Position numbers and translations under genes: made by a program | Part shown: positions 28,414 to 37,568 of the stretch, in pieces | Layout: every line of letters starts with the position of its first letter | How positions within the stretch are numbered: the stretch's first letter is position 1 | Assembly: GCA_963845565.1 (NCBI GenBank) | Contig: CAWJSJ010000002.1 | Location: forward strand, 1,216,001 to 1,280,000 | Reading direction: 5' to 3' | Source: an uncultured Methylomirabilota bacterium | Lineage (GTDB): Bacteria; Methylomirabilota; Methylomirabilia; Methylomirabilales; 2-02-FULL-66-22 | DNA length: 64,000 nt | The notes under the pieces: model-generated | The model's database searches: none | What the model was told of the DNA's origin: nothing | Seen by the model: only the letters and a program-made list of their open reading frames with translations

Positions 28414-29706
28414 ATGGTCACCGGTGCGATATTCGGGCTGCTGGTCCTACTGATGTTCTTGGGGGTTCCCATCGCGGTCAGCATGGCGCTGACAGCCATT
28501 CTGAGCTTTCTGATGCTGGGGGGCCCCGATTTACTCGTGATGGTTCCACAGCGAATGTACTCCGGGACAACCAGTTTCACGCTCCTTGCCATTCCCTTCT
28601 TTATTCTAGCCGGAAACCTGATGAACACGGGGGGAATCACGGTCCGCCTGATCCATTTCGCGCAGTGCCTGGTGGGGCATATCCGTGGGGGATTGGGTCA
28701 CGTGACCGTGGTGACCAACATGATCATGGCCGGGATGTCCGGCGCGGCCGTGGCGGATGCCGTCGGCACCGGGAACATCCTGATCCCGGCCATGGAGAAG
28801 GCCGGCTATCCGCGGGTGTTCTCGGCGGCACTGGTAGGCGCGGCGGCCACCATCGGCCCCATCATCCCACCCAGCATTCCCTTCGTGATCTTCGGCAGCA
28901 TGACTGGCACCTCGGTCGGCCGGCTGTTTCTGGGTGGCTTCCTGCCCGGGGTCCTGATGGGACTCCTCCTGATGATCACGGTGGCCATCCTTTCGAAGAA
29001 GCGCGGATATCCGCGGGAACGGCGCGCGACGCTTGGAGAGTTGGCGTGGGCCACGGTCCATGCGGCGCCCGCATGGGGCTCGCCGCTCATCATCATCGGG
29101 GGGATTCTGGCCGGCATCTTCACCCCCACAGAGGCGGCGGCCGTGGCAAGCATCTACGCGCTTCTGGTTGGCATGTTCGTCTATCGTGAGATCCGTCTGG
29201 CGGATCTTCCCCGGATCCTGTGGGAGACCGTTCGGAACTCCGTCCAGGTGATGTTCATCATCGCGTCCGCCAGCGTCTTCGGCTGGCTGCTGATCCAGCA
29301 GCAGGTGCCCACAAAAGTCGTCGAGGGATTGACGGCCCTGACGAATGAGCCCTGGCTGGTGCTCCTGATCGTCAATCTCATCCTGCTCCTGCTGGGCTGC
29401 TTCATGGAGGGGATCGCCATCATGCTGCTCACCATCCCCGTCTTCATGCCCCTGGTGGCGCGCGTGGGGGTGGATCCGGTGCACTTCGGGGTCCTGATGT
29501 CGCTGAACCTGATGATCGGCCTGCTTACCCCGCCGGTCGGGATGTGTCTGTACGCCGTTTCGAGCATCAGCAAGGTGCCGATCTGGCCGTTGGCGCGGGA
29601 ACTGGGGCCCTACATTGTGGCGCTCCTGGTCTGTCTGGGCCTGATCACCTATTTCCCCTGGATCGTCGTCTGGATCCCGAACCTGGTCATGGGGGCGTCG
29701 CGATGA
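28414..29706 (+). CDS. dctM: TRAP large permease
   Basis: 'LLAIPFFILAGNLM', 'GPIIPPSIP', 'GLLTPPVG'. Confidence 0.93.
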   Translation: MVTGAIFGLLVLLMFLGVPIAVSMALTAILSFLMLGGPDLLVMVPQRMYSGTTSFTLLAIPFFILAGNLMNTGGITVRLIHFAQCLVGHIRGGLGHVTVVTNMIMAGMSGAAVADAVGTGNILIPAMEKAGYPRVFSAALVGAAATIGPIIPPSIPFVIFGSMTGTSVGRLFLGGFLPGVLMGLLLMITVAILSKKRGYPRERRATLGELAWATVHAAPAWGSPLIIIGGILAGIFTPTEAAAVASIYALLVGMFVYREIRLADLPRILWETVRNSVQVMFIIASASVFGWLLIQQQVPTKVVEGLTALTNEPWLVLLIVNLILLLLGCFMEGIAIMLLTIPVFMPLVARVGVDPVHFGVLMSLNLMIGLLTPPVGMCLYAVSSISKVPIWPLARELGPYIVALLVCLGLITYFPWIVVWIPNLVMGASR

Positions 29707-30236
29707 GCCACGCAGCTAAGGCGTTGGGCGACAGCGGAGCGGCCCGGGCAGACCGTGCCCTGGATGCCGGCATGCGCTGGATGAGTTCCATCTGCCTGGT
29801 GATACTGCTTGCCATCGTGTCTCTCATGGTCCTCGTCCGGTTTTTCCCGGTCATGGCCCTGGGATGGGAAGACGAAGTGGTGGAACTGGCGTTTGCGTGG
29901 ATGATCTTCCTGGGCTCGGCCGCGGTCTGGCGGCGCCACGAGCACATCGTCATCGATTTCATTCCCCAGGCGCTGGCGGGTTCCCGGGCGGGCAGCGTGC
30001 TGGAGGTGGTCGTCGGTGCCCTGGTACTCGCCTTCCTGGGTGTGTACACCTGGTACGGCTGGCTCCTTACCATCCAGTCGCAGGGAAACACCTCACCGAT
30101 GCTCGTGCTGCCCAAGCCGCTCTGGTACGCAGCGGTTCCGGTGTCGGGACTTGTGATGATCGGGTACACGGTGGCTCGTCTGTGGCCAGTCATCGGGGCG
30201 TCCAGCGGAAAACGGGGGACACGCGAGGCGCGATGA
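29703..30236 (+). CDS. dctQ: TRAP small permease (after dctM)
   Basis: 'WEDEVVELAFAWMIFLG...HIVIDF', 'SPML'; ATGA overlap. Confidence 0.88.
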   Translation: MSHAAKALGDSGAARADRALDAGMRWMSSICLVILLAIVSLMVLVRFFPVMALGWEDEVVELAFAWMIFLGSAAVWRRHEHIVIDFIPQALAGSRAGSVLEVVVGALVLAFLGVYTWYGWLLTIQSQGNTSPMLVLPKPLWYAAVPVSGLVMIGYTVARLWPVIGASSGKRGTREAR

Positions 30237-30453
30237 AACCGGCGACGACCCGCGGCGCCTGAGCACCGACGGGAGGTCGGCGCGGCTCCGGAATAGGTTC
30301 TTGGTCTCGTACAAAGCGGAGAATGGCATAACCGATTCCCGGTCACCTGTGCCACGCTACGGACGAACCGATGAAGCCCGGGCAGGAGAGAGTCTGGAGA
30401 GTGGAGTGCATGCCGGAGACACGAGGTCTGGAGCGAATCGAAAGGAGGCAGTC

Positions 30454-31425
30454 ATGATGCGGAAGATCGGGTTCTTGGTGGTGGCCGTGCTCGCTGTGGC
30501 GCTTCTGGTCCCGGCGCCGGCGAAGGCGGCGTTCCCTGAGCGCGACATCACTCTGATCGTGCCGTGGGCGGCGGGGGGCGGGACGGACACGTTGGCCCGC
30601 ACACTGGTGAAGAACGGGAAGAAGTACTTCGGGGTCAACATCAACGTGCAGAACGTGACCGGCGGGACCGGCGTGATCGGCATGAACCAGGTGGCCCGGG
30701 CCAAGGCGGACGGCTACACGGTTGCCGTGATCACGTTCAACCTGAGCACCTACCGGCTGCTCGGGCAGTCTGAGTTGTCCTATCGCGACTTCGACCTCAT
30801 CGCCCTGCTCAACCGTAGCATCGCGGGCCTCACGGTGAAGGCCGACTCCCAGTTCAAGACCCTGAAGGACCTTGTGGATTACGCCAAGGCGAACCCAGGA
30901 GTGGTGACGGTAGGCCATTCGGGGCCGGCCGGCGCCTGGCATCTGGCGGCTGTGGCCATTGCCCAAGATCAAGGCCTGAAGTTTACCCTCGTCCCCTTTG
31001 ACGGCGCGGCGCCGACTCGCACGGCCCTGGTGGGAGGGCACATCACGGTCTGCTCCAGCGGGATGGATGAGGTGCTCCAGTTCTACCAGACCAAGCAGGT
31101 GCGGATCCTGGCGGCCAACGCCCCGAACCGACACCCGGCCTTCCCGGACGTGCCGACGATGGCGGAGGCGGGGTTCCCAATCAAGAATATGATCTTCGAC
31201 TGGCGCGGTCTAGCCACCGCCAAGGGGACGCCGCCCGAGGCCCTGAAGGTCCTGCGCGAGGGCTTCCAGAAGGCCGCGGAGGACCCGGAGTACATCGCCC
31301 TGATGGACAAGCTGGCCCTGCCGCGGACCTTCCTGGGGTCCGACAAGTTCGAGGAGTTCCTGGCTGGTATGGAAAAGAGCCTGGAGCCGACGCTGGACTT
31401 GGTCGGCCTGCTGAAGAAGAAGTAG
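30454..31425 (+). CDS. tctC: Tripartite tricarboxylate transporter substrate-binding protein
   Basis: 'FPERDITLIVPWAAGGGTD', 'ADGYTV', 'PDVPTMAE'; AAAGGAGG RBS. Confidence 0.92.
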   Translation: MMRKIGFLVVAVLAVALLVPAPAKAAFPERDITLIVPWAAGGGTDTLARTLVKNGKKYFGVNINVQNVTGGTGVIGMNQVARAKADGYTVAVITFNLSTYRLLGQSELSYRDFDLIALLNRSIAGLTVKADSQFKTLKDLVDYAKANPGVVTVGHSGPAGAWHLAAVAIAQDQGLKFTLVPFDGAAPTRTALVGGHITVCSSGMDEVLQFYQTKQVRILAANAPNRHPAFPDVPTMAEAGFPIKNMIFDWRGLATAKGTPPEALKVLREGFQKAAEDPEYIALMDKLALPRTFLGSDKFEEFLAGMEKSLEPTLDLVGLLKKK

Positions 31426-31509
31426 CCCCTGTCCTCCCGGTTGGGTCCGGAGGCGCCCCGCGGCCGACGGTCGCGGGGCGCCCTATGCCTGGCCAGGAAT
31501 GGAGTCGGC

Positions 31510-31971
31510 ATGCCGCTCGTATCCATGAAGAAGGTCGACATCATCTCTGCGCTCTGCGTCATTCCCATCTGCGTTTACGTCTTCTATGAATCCGGACGGT
31601 GGCCGATTCTCCCCGACCTGGGCAATCCGGCTTGGATCCCGCGCGGGGTGGCGGCCGTGTTGCTTGGGGCCGCGCTGCTCTTGCTGGGCAAAGCGCTCAC
31701 GGGTCGCTCGCTCACCCTGCCGGGGCGGCTGGAGGGGGCGGACCGCGCTCGCGTCCTCTCGGTCGCTGCCCTGACCGGCGTTTACGTGGTGATCATCGAG
31801 CGCCTGGGATTCATGACGGCGACCGCCCCCTACCTGTTTGGTTTTAGCCTGGCCCTGGGCGAGCGGCGCTGGTCGCGTCTGATCCTCTTTGCCGTGGTGG
31901 TACCAGTGACGACGTATGTCGTCTTCGATCGTTTGCTCAACGTGCCACTCCCGCGCGGCCTGTTCCGCTAG
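31510..31971 (+). CDS. tctB: TctB small membrane subunit
   Basis: 4 TM segments, ends 'LNVPLPRG', lies between tctC and tctA. Confidence 0.85.
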   Translation: MPLVSMKKVDIISALCVIPICVYVFYESGRWPILPDLGNPAWIPRGVAAVLLGAALLLLGKALTGRSLTLPGRLEGADRARVLSVAALTGVYVVIIERLGFMTATAPYLFGFSLALGERRWSRLILFAVVVPVTTYVVFDRLLNVPLPRGLFR

Positions 31972-31992
31972 CGGGGCGGGAGAGTCTGACTC

Positions 31993-33519
31993 ATGGTCGA
32001 CCTCGGTCTTCTGCTGCATGGCTTCGGAACGGTTCTCTCCGGATACAACATTATCGCGTTGGTCCTGGGCTCGTTCTTCGGCATCATCATCGGCGCCATT
32101 CCGGGACTCACCGCCACCATGGGCATCGCCATCCTGGTGCCGTTCACCTTCGGCATGACCCCCATCACGGGGATCGTGATGCTGCTCGGAATTTACACGG
32201 GGGCAATTTACGGGGGCGGCATCGCTTCCATCTTGATCAAGACACCGGGAACCCCTGCGGCGGCGGCCACCGTGTTTGACGGCTACCCGATGGCGCAACA
32301 GGGGCTTGCCGGGAGGGCGATCGGTATCGCCACCATCTCTTCCGGAGTCGGCGGAACGTTCACGGCGCTCTGCCTGGCCTTCTTCGCCCCCATCCTCGCC
32401 ACGTTCGCCCTGCGCTTTTCCGCCCCGGAGTACTTCGCCCTAGCGTGTTTCGGCCTGGCGGTCACAATCACGCTGTCGGGTCGGTCGCCGGTCAAGGGGG
32501 TCATCTCGGGGCTGCTGGGCCTGCTTCTGGCGATGGTCGGCCTCGACCCGATGGGGGGCTTTCAGCGATTCACGTTCGGCTTCGCGGAGCTCACCGGCGG
32601 CCTGTCCTTTGTCCCCATGCTCATCGGCCTGTTTGCCCTCTCCGAGGGCTTCCGCCAGGTGGAGATCATCCTCACGGCCCCCAAGGTCAGTGCCGTCCTC
32701 AAGAACATCCTCCCGTCGCTGCAGGATCTCAAGAAGTGCCTCCCCGCCTTCCTGCGGGCCTGCCCCATCGGACTCATCGTGGGTATCACGCCCGCCATCG
32801 GGGCGGACACGGCCGCCTTCTTGAGCTACGCCGAAACCAAGCGGGCGTCGAAGGAGCCGGAGAGTTTCGGGAAGGGTAACCCGGCTGGTGTGGCTGCCGC
32901 TCAGTGCGGCGAGAACGCCAGCACGGGTGGCGACGTCCTGCCCATGATCACCCTTGGAATCCCGGGCGATGCCGCCACGGCCGTTCTGATGGGAGCGCTC
33001 ACCATCCATAACCTGCAACCCGGCCCCATGCTCTTTCAGGGCCATCCCGAAGTCGTCCACCAGATCTTCGCCGGCATGATCGCCGCGAATGTCGTGTTCG
33101 TGATCCTGGGGCTCATCTTCGCCCGGTTCTTTGCCCAGGTGATCAACATCGATCGAAAGTTCCTGGTGCCTCTCATCTTCGTCACCTGCATGGTGGGCTC
33201 CTACGCCATCAACAACGTGCTCTACGATCTGGCGACCTGCGCCATTTTCGGGTTTCTCGGCTACCTCATGATCCGCTACGACTTCCCGGTCGCCCCCATG
33301 GTCCTGGCCCAGATCCTTGGCGGGATGATGGAGTCGAACTATCGCCGTGCCGTCGTCATGTTCCAAGGGGATGTCTCGATGTTCTTGACGCGGCCGATCG
33401 CCCTGACGATCTTGGCCCTGGCGGCCTTTACAACCATCGTGGCCGTTCGCCGTCAGCGCGCTGCCCTCAAGCAGGAAGCCGCGCAGCTCGCCGCGTTGGA
33501 GCAGTCGAGCGGTCAATGA
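31993..33519 (+). CDS. tctA: TctA large permease
   Basis: 'GAIPGLT', 'YGGGIASILIKTPGTP', 'ITLGIPGD'. Confidence 0.93.
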   Translation: MVDLGLLLHGFGTVLSGYNIIALVLGSFFGIIIGAIPGLTATMGIAILVPFTFGMTPITGIVMLLGIYTGAIYGGGIASILIKTPGTPAAAATVFDGYPMAQQGLAGRAIGIATISSGVGGTFTALCLAFFAPILATFALRFSAPEYFALACFGLAVTITLSGRSPVKGVISGLLGLLLAMVGLDPMGGFQRFTFGFAELTGGLSFVPMLIGLFALSEGFRQVEIILTAPKVSAVLKNILPSLQDLKKCLPAFLRACPIGLIVGITPAIGADTAAFLSYAETKRASKEPESFGKGNPAGVAAAQCGENASTGGDVLPMITLGIPGDAATAVLMGALTIHNLQPGPMLFQGHPEVVHQIFAGMIAANVVFVILGLIFARFFAQVINIDRKFLVPLIFVTCMVGSYAINNVLYDLATCAIFGFLGYLMIRYDFPVAPMVLAQILGGMMESNYRRAVVMFQGDVSMFLTRPIALTILALAAFTTIVAVRRQRAALKQEAAQLAALEQSSGQ

Positions 33520-33590
33520 GTCCATCAGTCGACTCGGAGTGGCCGCATGCAGGTCATGACACAAATTGACCAGTTGACAAGGGGCAACCG

Positions 33591-34553
33591 ATGAAGCTCG
33601 TCACCTTTGACCTATGCGGTCGGGACCGTGTCGGCGCCGTGCTGGACGGTCGGCTGATTGACCTGAATGCCGCCCTCGCCGCCGCGCTGGTCGAGGCCGG
33701 AGAGGGCGAGCCGGCGGCCGTGGCCGACCGGACGCTGCCGCCTGACATGCTTGGCTTTCTGCGGGGTGGCCACGAGGCCATGGCGGCTGCGCGGCGTGCG
33801 CTGCAGTACGCCGTTGACCTCAAATATGACCTGCCCGGCGCCGTATTCGGTTTCGACCAGCTCCCCCTGCGCGCCCCGGTCCCCCGTCCTCCCAAGATCG
33901 TGTGCACCGGCGTAAATTACGAGGACTACCGTCAAGTCATCGGTCTGGCCAAATCGGCCGTTCCGCTGATCTTTCTCAAGGCGCCGTCCTGCGTGGTGGG
34001 TCCGGACGATCCGGTGCGGATTCCCGGGGGCTACGGCGAGGCCTATCACGAGTACGAATTCTCGTGCGTGATCGGCAAGCGGTGCAAGGCCGTGCCGAAG
34101 GAGCGTGCGCTGGAAGTCATCGCAGGCTACACGATCTTCCATGACATCACCGGACGGACCCTGGAGGCCACAAGCCGCGAGTACCAGCCGTGGGGCAAGT
34201 CCATCGATACCTACGGGCCGATGGGGCCGTGGATCGTGACCCCCGACGAGATGCCCAAGGATCTCTACAATCTACGCATCTTGCGACGCCGGAACGGGAA
34301 GGTCGAGGCGGAGTCCAATACCTCAAACATGATCTTCCGTTTCGACGACATCGTGGCCTTCGTCTCGACGTTCTGGACGCTGGAACCGGGGGACCTCATC
34401 ACCACGGCGAGCCCCATGGCGGGTCCGATCTTCCCCGGCGACGTCATCGAGTCGGAGATCGAGGGGATCGGCATCCTGCGGAACCCGGTCGAGTCCGTGG
34501 CGGTTGACCGCACGTACGCCGAGCGGATCGGGATCGGGGAGCCGGGAGGTTAG
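33591..34553 (+). CDS. Fumarylacetoacetate hydrolase (FAH) family protein
   Basis: 'KIVCTGVNY', 'IFLKAP', 'HEYEF', 'HDITGR', 'GKSIDTYGPMGPW', 'LEPGDLI'. Confidence 0.9.
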   Translation: MKLVTFDLCGRDRVGAVLDGRLIDLNAALAAALVEAGEGEPAAVADRTLPPDMLGFLRGGHEAMAAARRALQYAVDLKYDLPGAVFGFDQLPLRAPVPRPPKIVCTGVNYEDYRQVIGLAKSAVPLIFLKAPSCVVGPDDPVRIPGGYGEAYHEYEFSCVIGKRCKAVPKERALEVIAGYTIFHDITGRTLEATSREYQPWGKSIDTYGPMGPWIVTPDEMPKDLYNLRILRRRNGKVEAESNTSNMIFRFDDIVAFVSTFWTLEPGDLITTASPMAGPIFPGDVIESEIEGIGILRNPVESVAVDRTYAERIGIGEPGG

Positions 34554-34647
34554 CGCCGAGAGCCGAGAGCGGAGTGGAGGCGCCTCGAGCCCTGGCGCAG
34601 GGCTCTTCAATCGGGTGCACCCCAACACAACCAGAGAGGAGCGCGCG

Positions 34648-34962
34648 ATGATCTACGAACTGCGTACCTATCAACTTGCCGTGGGCGGGATGGGGGATTA
34701 CCTGGACCTCATCCGGACAAAACTTCTACCCCTGCTCGCCGAGCACGGGATCAAACCGGTCGGCTTCTGGACCACCGACATCGGGACGCTGAACGAGGTC
34801 GTGCATCTGTGGGCGTTCAACGATCTCAACGAGCGTCAGGCGAAGTGGGGGGCATGGTTCAAGGACCCCCGCCGCGCCGAGATCGTGCCGCGCCTGCGCG
34901 CCGCGATCGTCAGCCAGAGCAACAAGATCCTCTCGCCGACCGAGTTTTCGCAGTTGAAATAG
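34648..34962 (+). CDS. NIPSNAP family protein
   Basis: 'MIYELRTY', 'IGTLNEVVHLW', 'NKILSPTEFS'. Confidence 0.9.
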   Translation: MIYELRTYQLAVGGMGDYLDLIRTKLLPLLAEHGIKPVGFWTTDIGTLNEVVHLWAFNDLNERQAKWGAWFKDPRRAEIVPRLRAAIVSQSNKILSPTEFSQLK

Positions 34963-35013
34963 AGTACCGAGGAACGGTCGGGCGGATCCCGAATCCAGGT
35001 TGCAGCCACAGAT

Positions 35014-35049
35014 ACGAAGAGCCCAGGCCCCCGGGGCTCTTCGTGTTTT
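35014..35049 (+). terminator. Intrinsic terminator
   Basis: ACGAAGAGCCC...GGGCTCTTCGT followed by GTTTT, between convergent genes. Confidence 0.75.
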
Positions 35050-35060
35050 CGGTCCGGATT

Positions 35061-35950
35061 TCAGGCCGCCCGTCGTCGCCCGAGATTCCGCAGAAGCGCG
35101 GCCAGATCCCGAGCCGCCGTCGCGCGCTCGATCCGGGCCACCAGGGCAGCGATCTTCTCGGCGTGAGCGGTCGTCGTGACGGTCGTGGCGAGCTTCAGGT
35201 ACTTCTGATGGATCTCCTCGGGCGTGAGGGGGTTCTCCATCGTGCCCTTGGCGTGATCCACGCGGCAGGCGAGGCGCCGGCCGTCGGTCGTGGTCACCTC
35301 GACGATAGAGGCGTAACGTTCGGGCCAGTGTTTCTCCAACTCCGGGTCGGCTGCCATCCGGGTGTTTTCGCTCAAACGTGCGACTTCGGGGTTCTTCTTC
35401 CGATCCTGCAGGATGTCGTCAATCATCACCTGGCCGAAGACCAGGCCGATGGGGAGGATGTATTGGGCGCAATGGGACTTCAGTTCGTTGTTGTCAATCA
35501 TGTGCTTTCCGGAGGTTGGGAAGCGCAACACGATCTCCCGCACGTCGGCAGCCTTGAGGCTGTGCTCTCGCGCCAAGCTGAGAAGCGCGTCCAGGCCAGG
35601 GTGGGTGAAGGAGCAGCTCGAGTACAGCTTGTACGCGAATTCCGGCAGATAGAAATGGGTTCCCCAGTCGGACAGCGGCGCCTCGGGGTGCCGCTCGCCC
35701 GAGAAGGCGGTAAAGGCGTCGTACTTGCCTTCGAAGGGCGTCGGAGGGCCGCCGAAGCCGAGGGAGGCCGGGTAGGCCGCGGTCGCGCCGTTTCGCGCCG
35801 CCAGGCCCGGATTGAACGGACGGGAGTTCTCCGTGTGATCGCTCGCCCAGGCCAGGAGACCGCACGCCTGCTGCATGGCGAGGCCCAGGGCGATGCCGAA
35901 CTTCGGGGCCTCGAGACGGAACAGATGGCCGGCGGCCGCCGCGGGGACCG
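35061..35950 (-). pseudogene. MmgE/PrpD family protein, 5'-truncated
   Basis: 'NPGLAARNG', 'YKLYSSCSFTHP', 'KGTMENPLT...KY' present; the N-terminal third and a credible start are missing. Confidence 0.75.
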
Positions 35951-36173
35951 CGCGTGCTGATCTGCGGCCGAGCCGCGGTCCCGCCTCTTTCCTGTTGACA
36001 CCCAAGTCCAGGCCGTCGGATACTTCCCATCATCCTGGAGGCGCGGCCTCTCACCTGAAGAGCGCTTCCGGGGCTGACTTCGAGCGGCGGGCCGGGTCCC
36101 TGCCGGCGTTGCGGCGCGGATCGTCGCGCGACTCCCGGCGGACGGAACCAAATGAATAGCGGAAAGGTGTGTT

Positions 36174-36956
36174 ATGGCTCCTCGGCCTGACGTCGAAAAG
36201 CTTACCGACTACGTGGTCGCCTCCATCGAGGCCGGCAAGGCGGTCGAGAAGCCGTTTTTTCACCTTGAGTTCGATCGCATCTTTCCCGAGGACATCTATG
36301 CCTCGATCATCCGCCTGATGCCGGTTGCGGCTGACTACCGGCCGCTGCCCGGCCGTCGCGGCGCCAACCTGCTGCCCGATGGCTCATCCACCCGCGTCAA
36401 GATCGACCTGTTTCCGGAATACACCCGGCACCTTCAGGGCGAGAAGCGTGCGCTGTGGGACCTCGTCGGCCGTGCGCTCTGCTCCGCAGCGGTGCAGAAT
36501 GCCTTTGTCCGTCGACTCACGCCGGGGCTGGAGCGGCGCTTCGGCGCAGGCTGCGCCGACGTCGGCATGTACCCGATTCCGGTGCTCACACGCGACATTC
36601 CCGGCTACCGCATCACGCCGCATACCGATACGCACTGGAAGGGAATTACGGTGCAGTTCTATCTGCCGCCCGATGCCGCCAACACGAATATCGGCACGAT
36701 CTTCCACGACGTTCTGCCCGACGGCAGCATGCCCAAGGCGACGCAGATGAGGTTCGCGCCCAACTCGGGCTATGCCTTCGCGGTCGGCGACAACACCTGG
36801 CATTCGGCCGACCCGGTCGGCGGCCAAGTGAAGACGCGCGATTCAATCTTGCTGACCTATTTCGTCGATGCCGGCCTGCTGCGCTTCCTGCGCAACCGCG
36901 GCAAGCGCGTCGGCAATTTCGTGCTCAACGAGGTCAAGCACGTCGCGAGGCGGTGA
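36174..36956 (+). CDS. Putative 2OG-Fe(II) oxygenase superfamily protein
   Basis: HxD...H triad ('PHTD', 'TWHS') and distal Arg ('TRDSI'); GAAAGG RBS. Confidence 0.65.
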   Translation: MAPRPDVEKLTDYVVASIEAGKAVEKPFFHLEFDRIFPEDIYASIIRLMPVAADYRPLPGRRGANLLPDGSSTRVKIDLFPEYTRHLQGEKRALWDLVGRALCSAAVQNAFVRRLTPGLERRFGAGCADVGMYPIPVLTRDIPGYRITPHTDTHWKGITVQFYLPPDAANTNIGTIFHDVLPDGSMPKATQMRFAPNSGYAFAVGDNTWHSADPVGGQVKTRDSILLTYFVDAGLLRFLRNRGKRVGNFVLNEVKHVARR

Positions 36957-37164
36957 GGCGGCGCTTCGAAACACGCAGGCGATTGGAGATGCGCCGCACC
37001 CGACTTGCTCGCGTTGCGCGCTTGCACGTCGACCTCTCCCCGCAAGCGATAATCCGGGACGGCATGCCTTCTGTCTCCTGGTCCCCTCGTGGTGCCCTCC
37101 GAGTCGTTACGCCTCGTCAGCCGCGTCCCGATGCGCCGGACACCCTCCACCATGGGTGACCCCA

Positions 37165-37327
37165 GTTTGGCCTTGACACCAGCCTCCTGCGCGCCTGATA
37201 CTCCCGCCCGGTGTCCGGGGGGACACCGGGCGGGGCGCGCGGAGGGCAGGGGTCGCGCGACTCCGACGGGCCCGCGGGGCGCCGACAGCCGCATCGTCCC
37301 GCGGCCCCAAAGGCGAACTCCGATCAC
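37165..37327 (+). mobile_element. IS91-family-like right (ori) end, copy A
   Basis: Shares CCTTGACACC-N-GATACTCCCGCCCGG and the terminal CCAAAGGCGAACTCCGATCAC with 45905-46058, which follows an IS91 transposase C-terminus. Confidence 0.6.
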
Positions 37328-37329
37328 TC

Positions 37330-37538
37330 ATTCCCTTTCTCTTCATGCCATGACACTTATCGGCATCAACCGCTCGATCATCCTGCCCGCGAGCGATTAC
37401 GAATTCCCTGAAACGACGCGCGATCTCGACGATGGTCCGAAGGAGTCCCGTCGGAAGGGTCACCGCAGGGCCCGCTCGAACTCGTTCGGTCTCGGCGGTC
37501 AGAGCACCTGTCTGTGGATAGGCGGATATGATGAGTAA
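37330..37538 (+). pseudogene. Decayed 3' end of a beta-ketoacyl synthase (FabF-like)
   Basis: Translates 'IILPASDYEFPETTRDLDDGP...SNSFGLGGQSTCLWIG*', the KS C-terminal NSFGFGG motif. Confidence 0.7.
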
Positions 37539-37568
37539 ACCATCGTCCCTTCGGTCGCTGCGGGGCGT

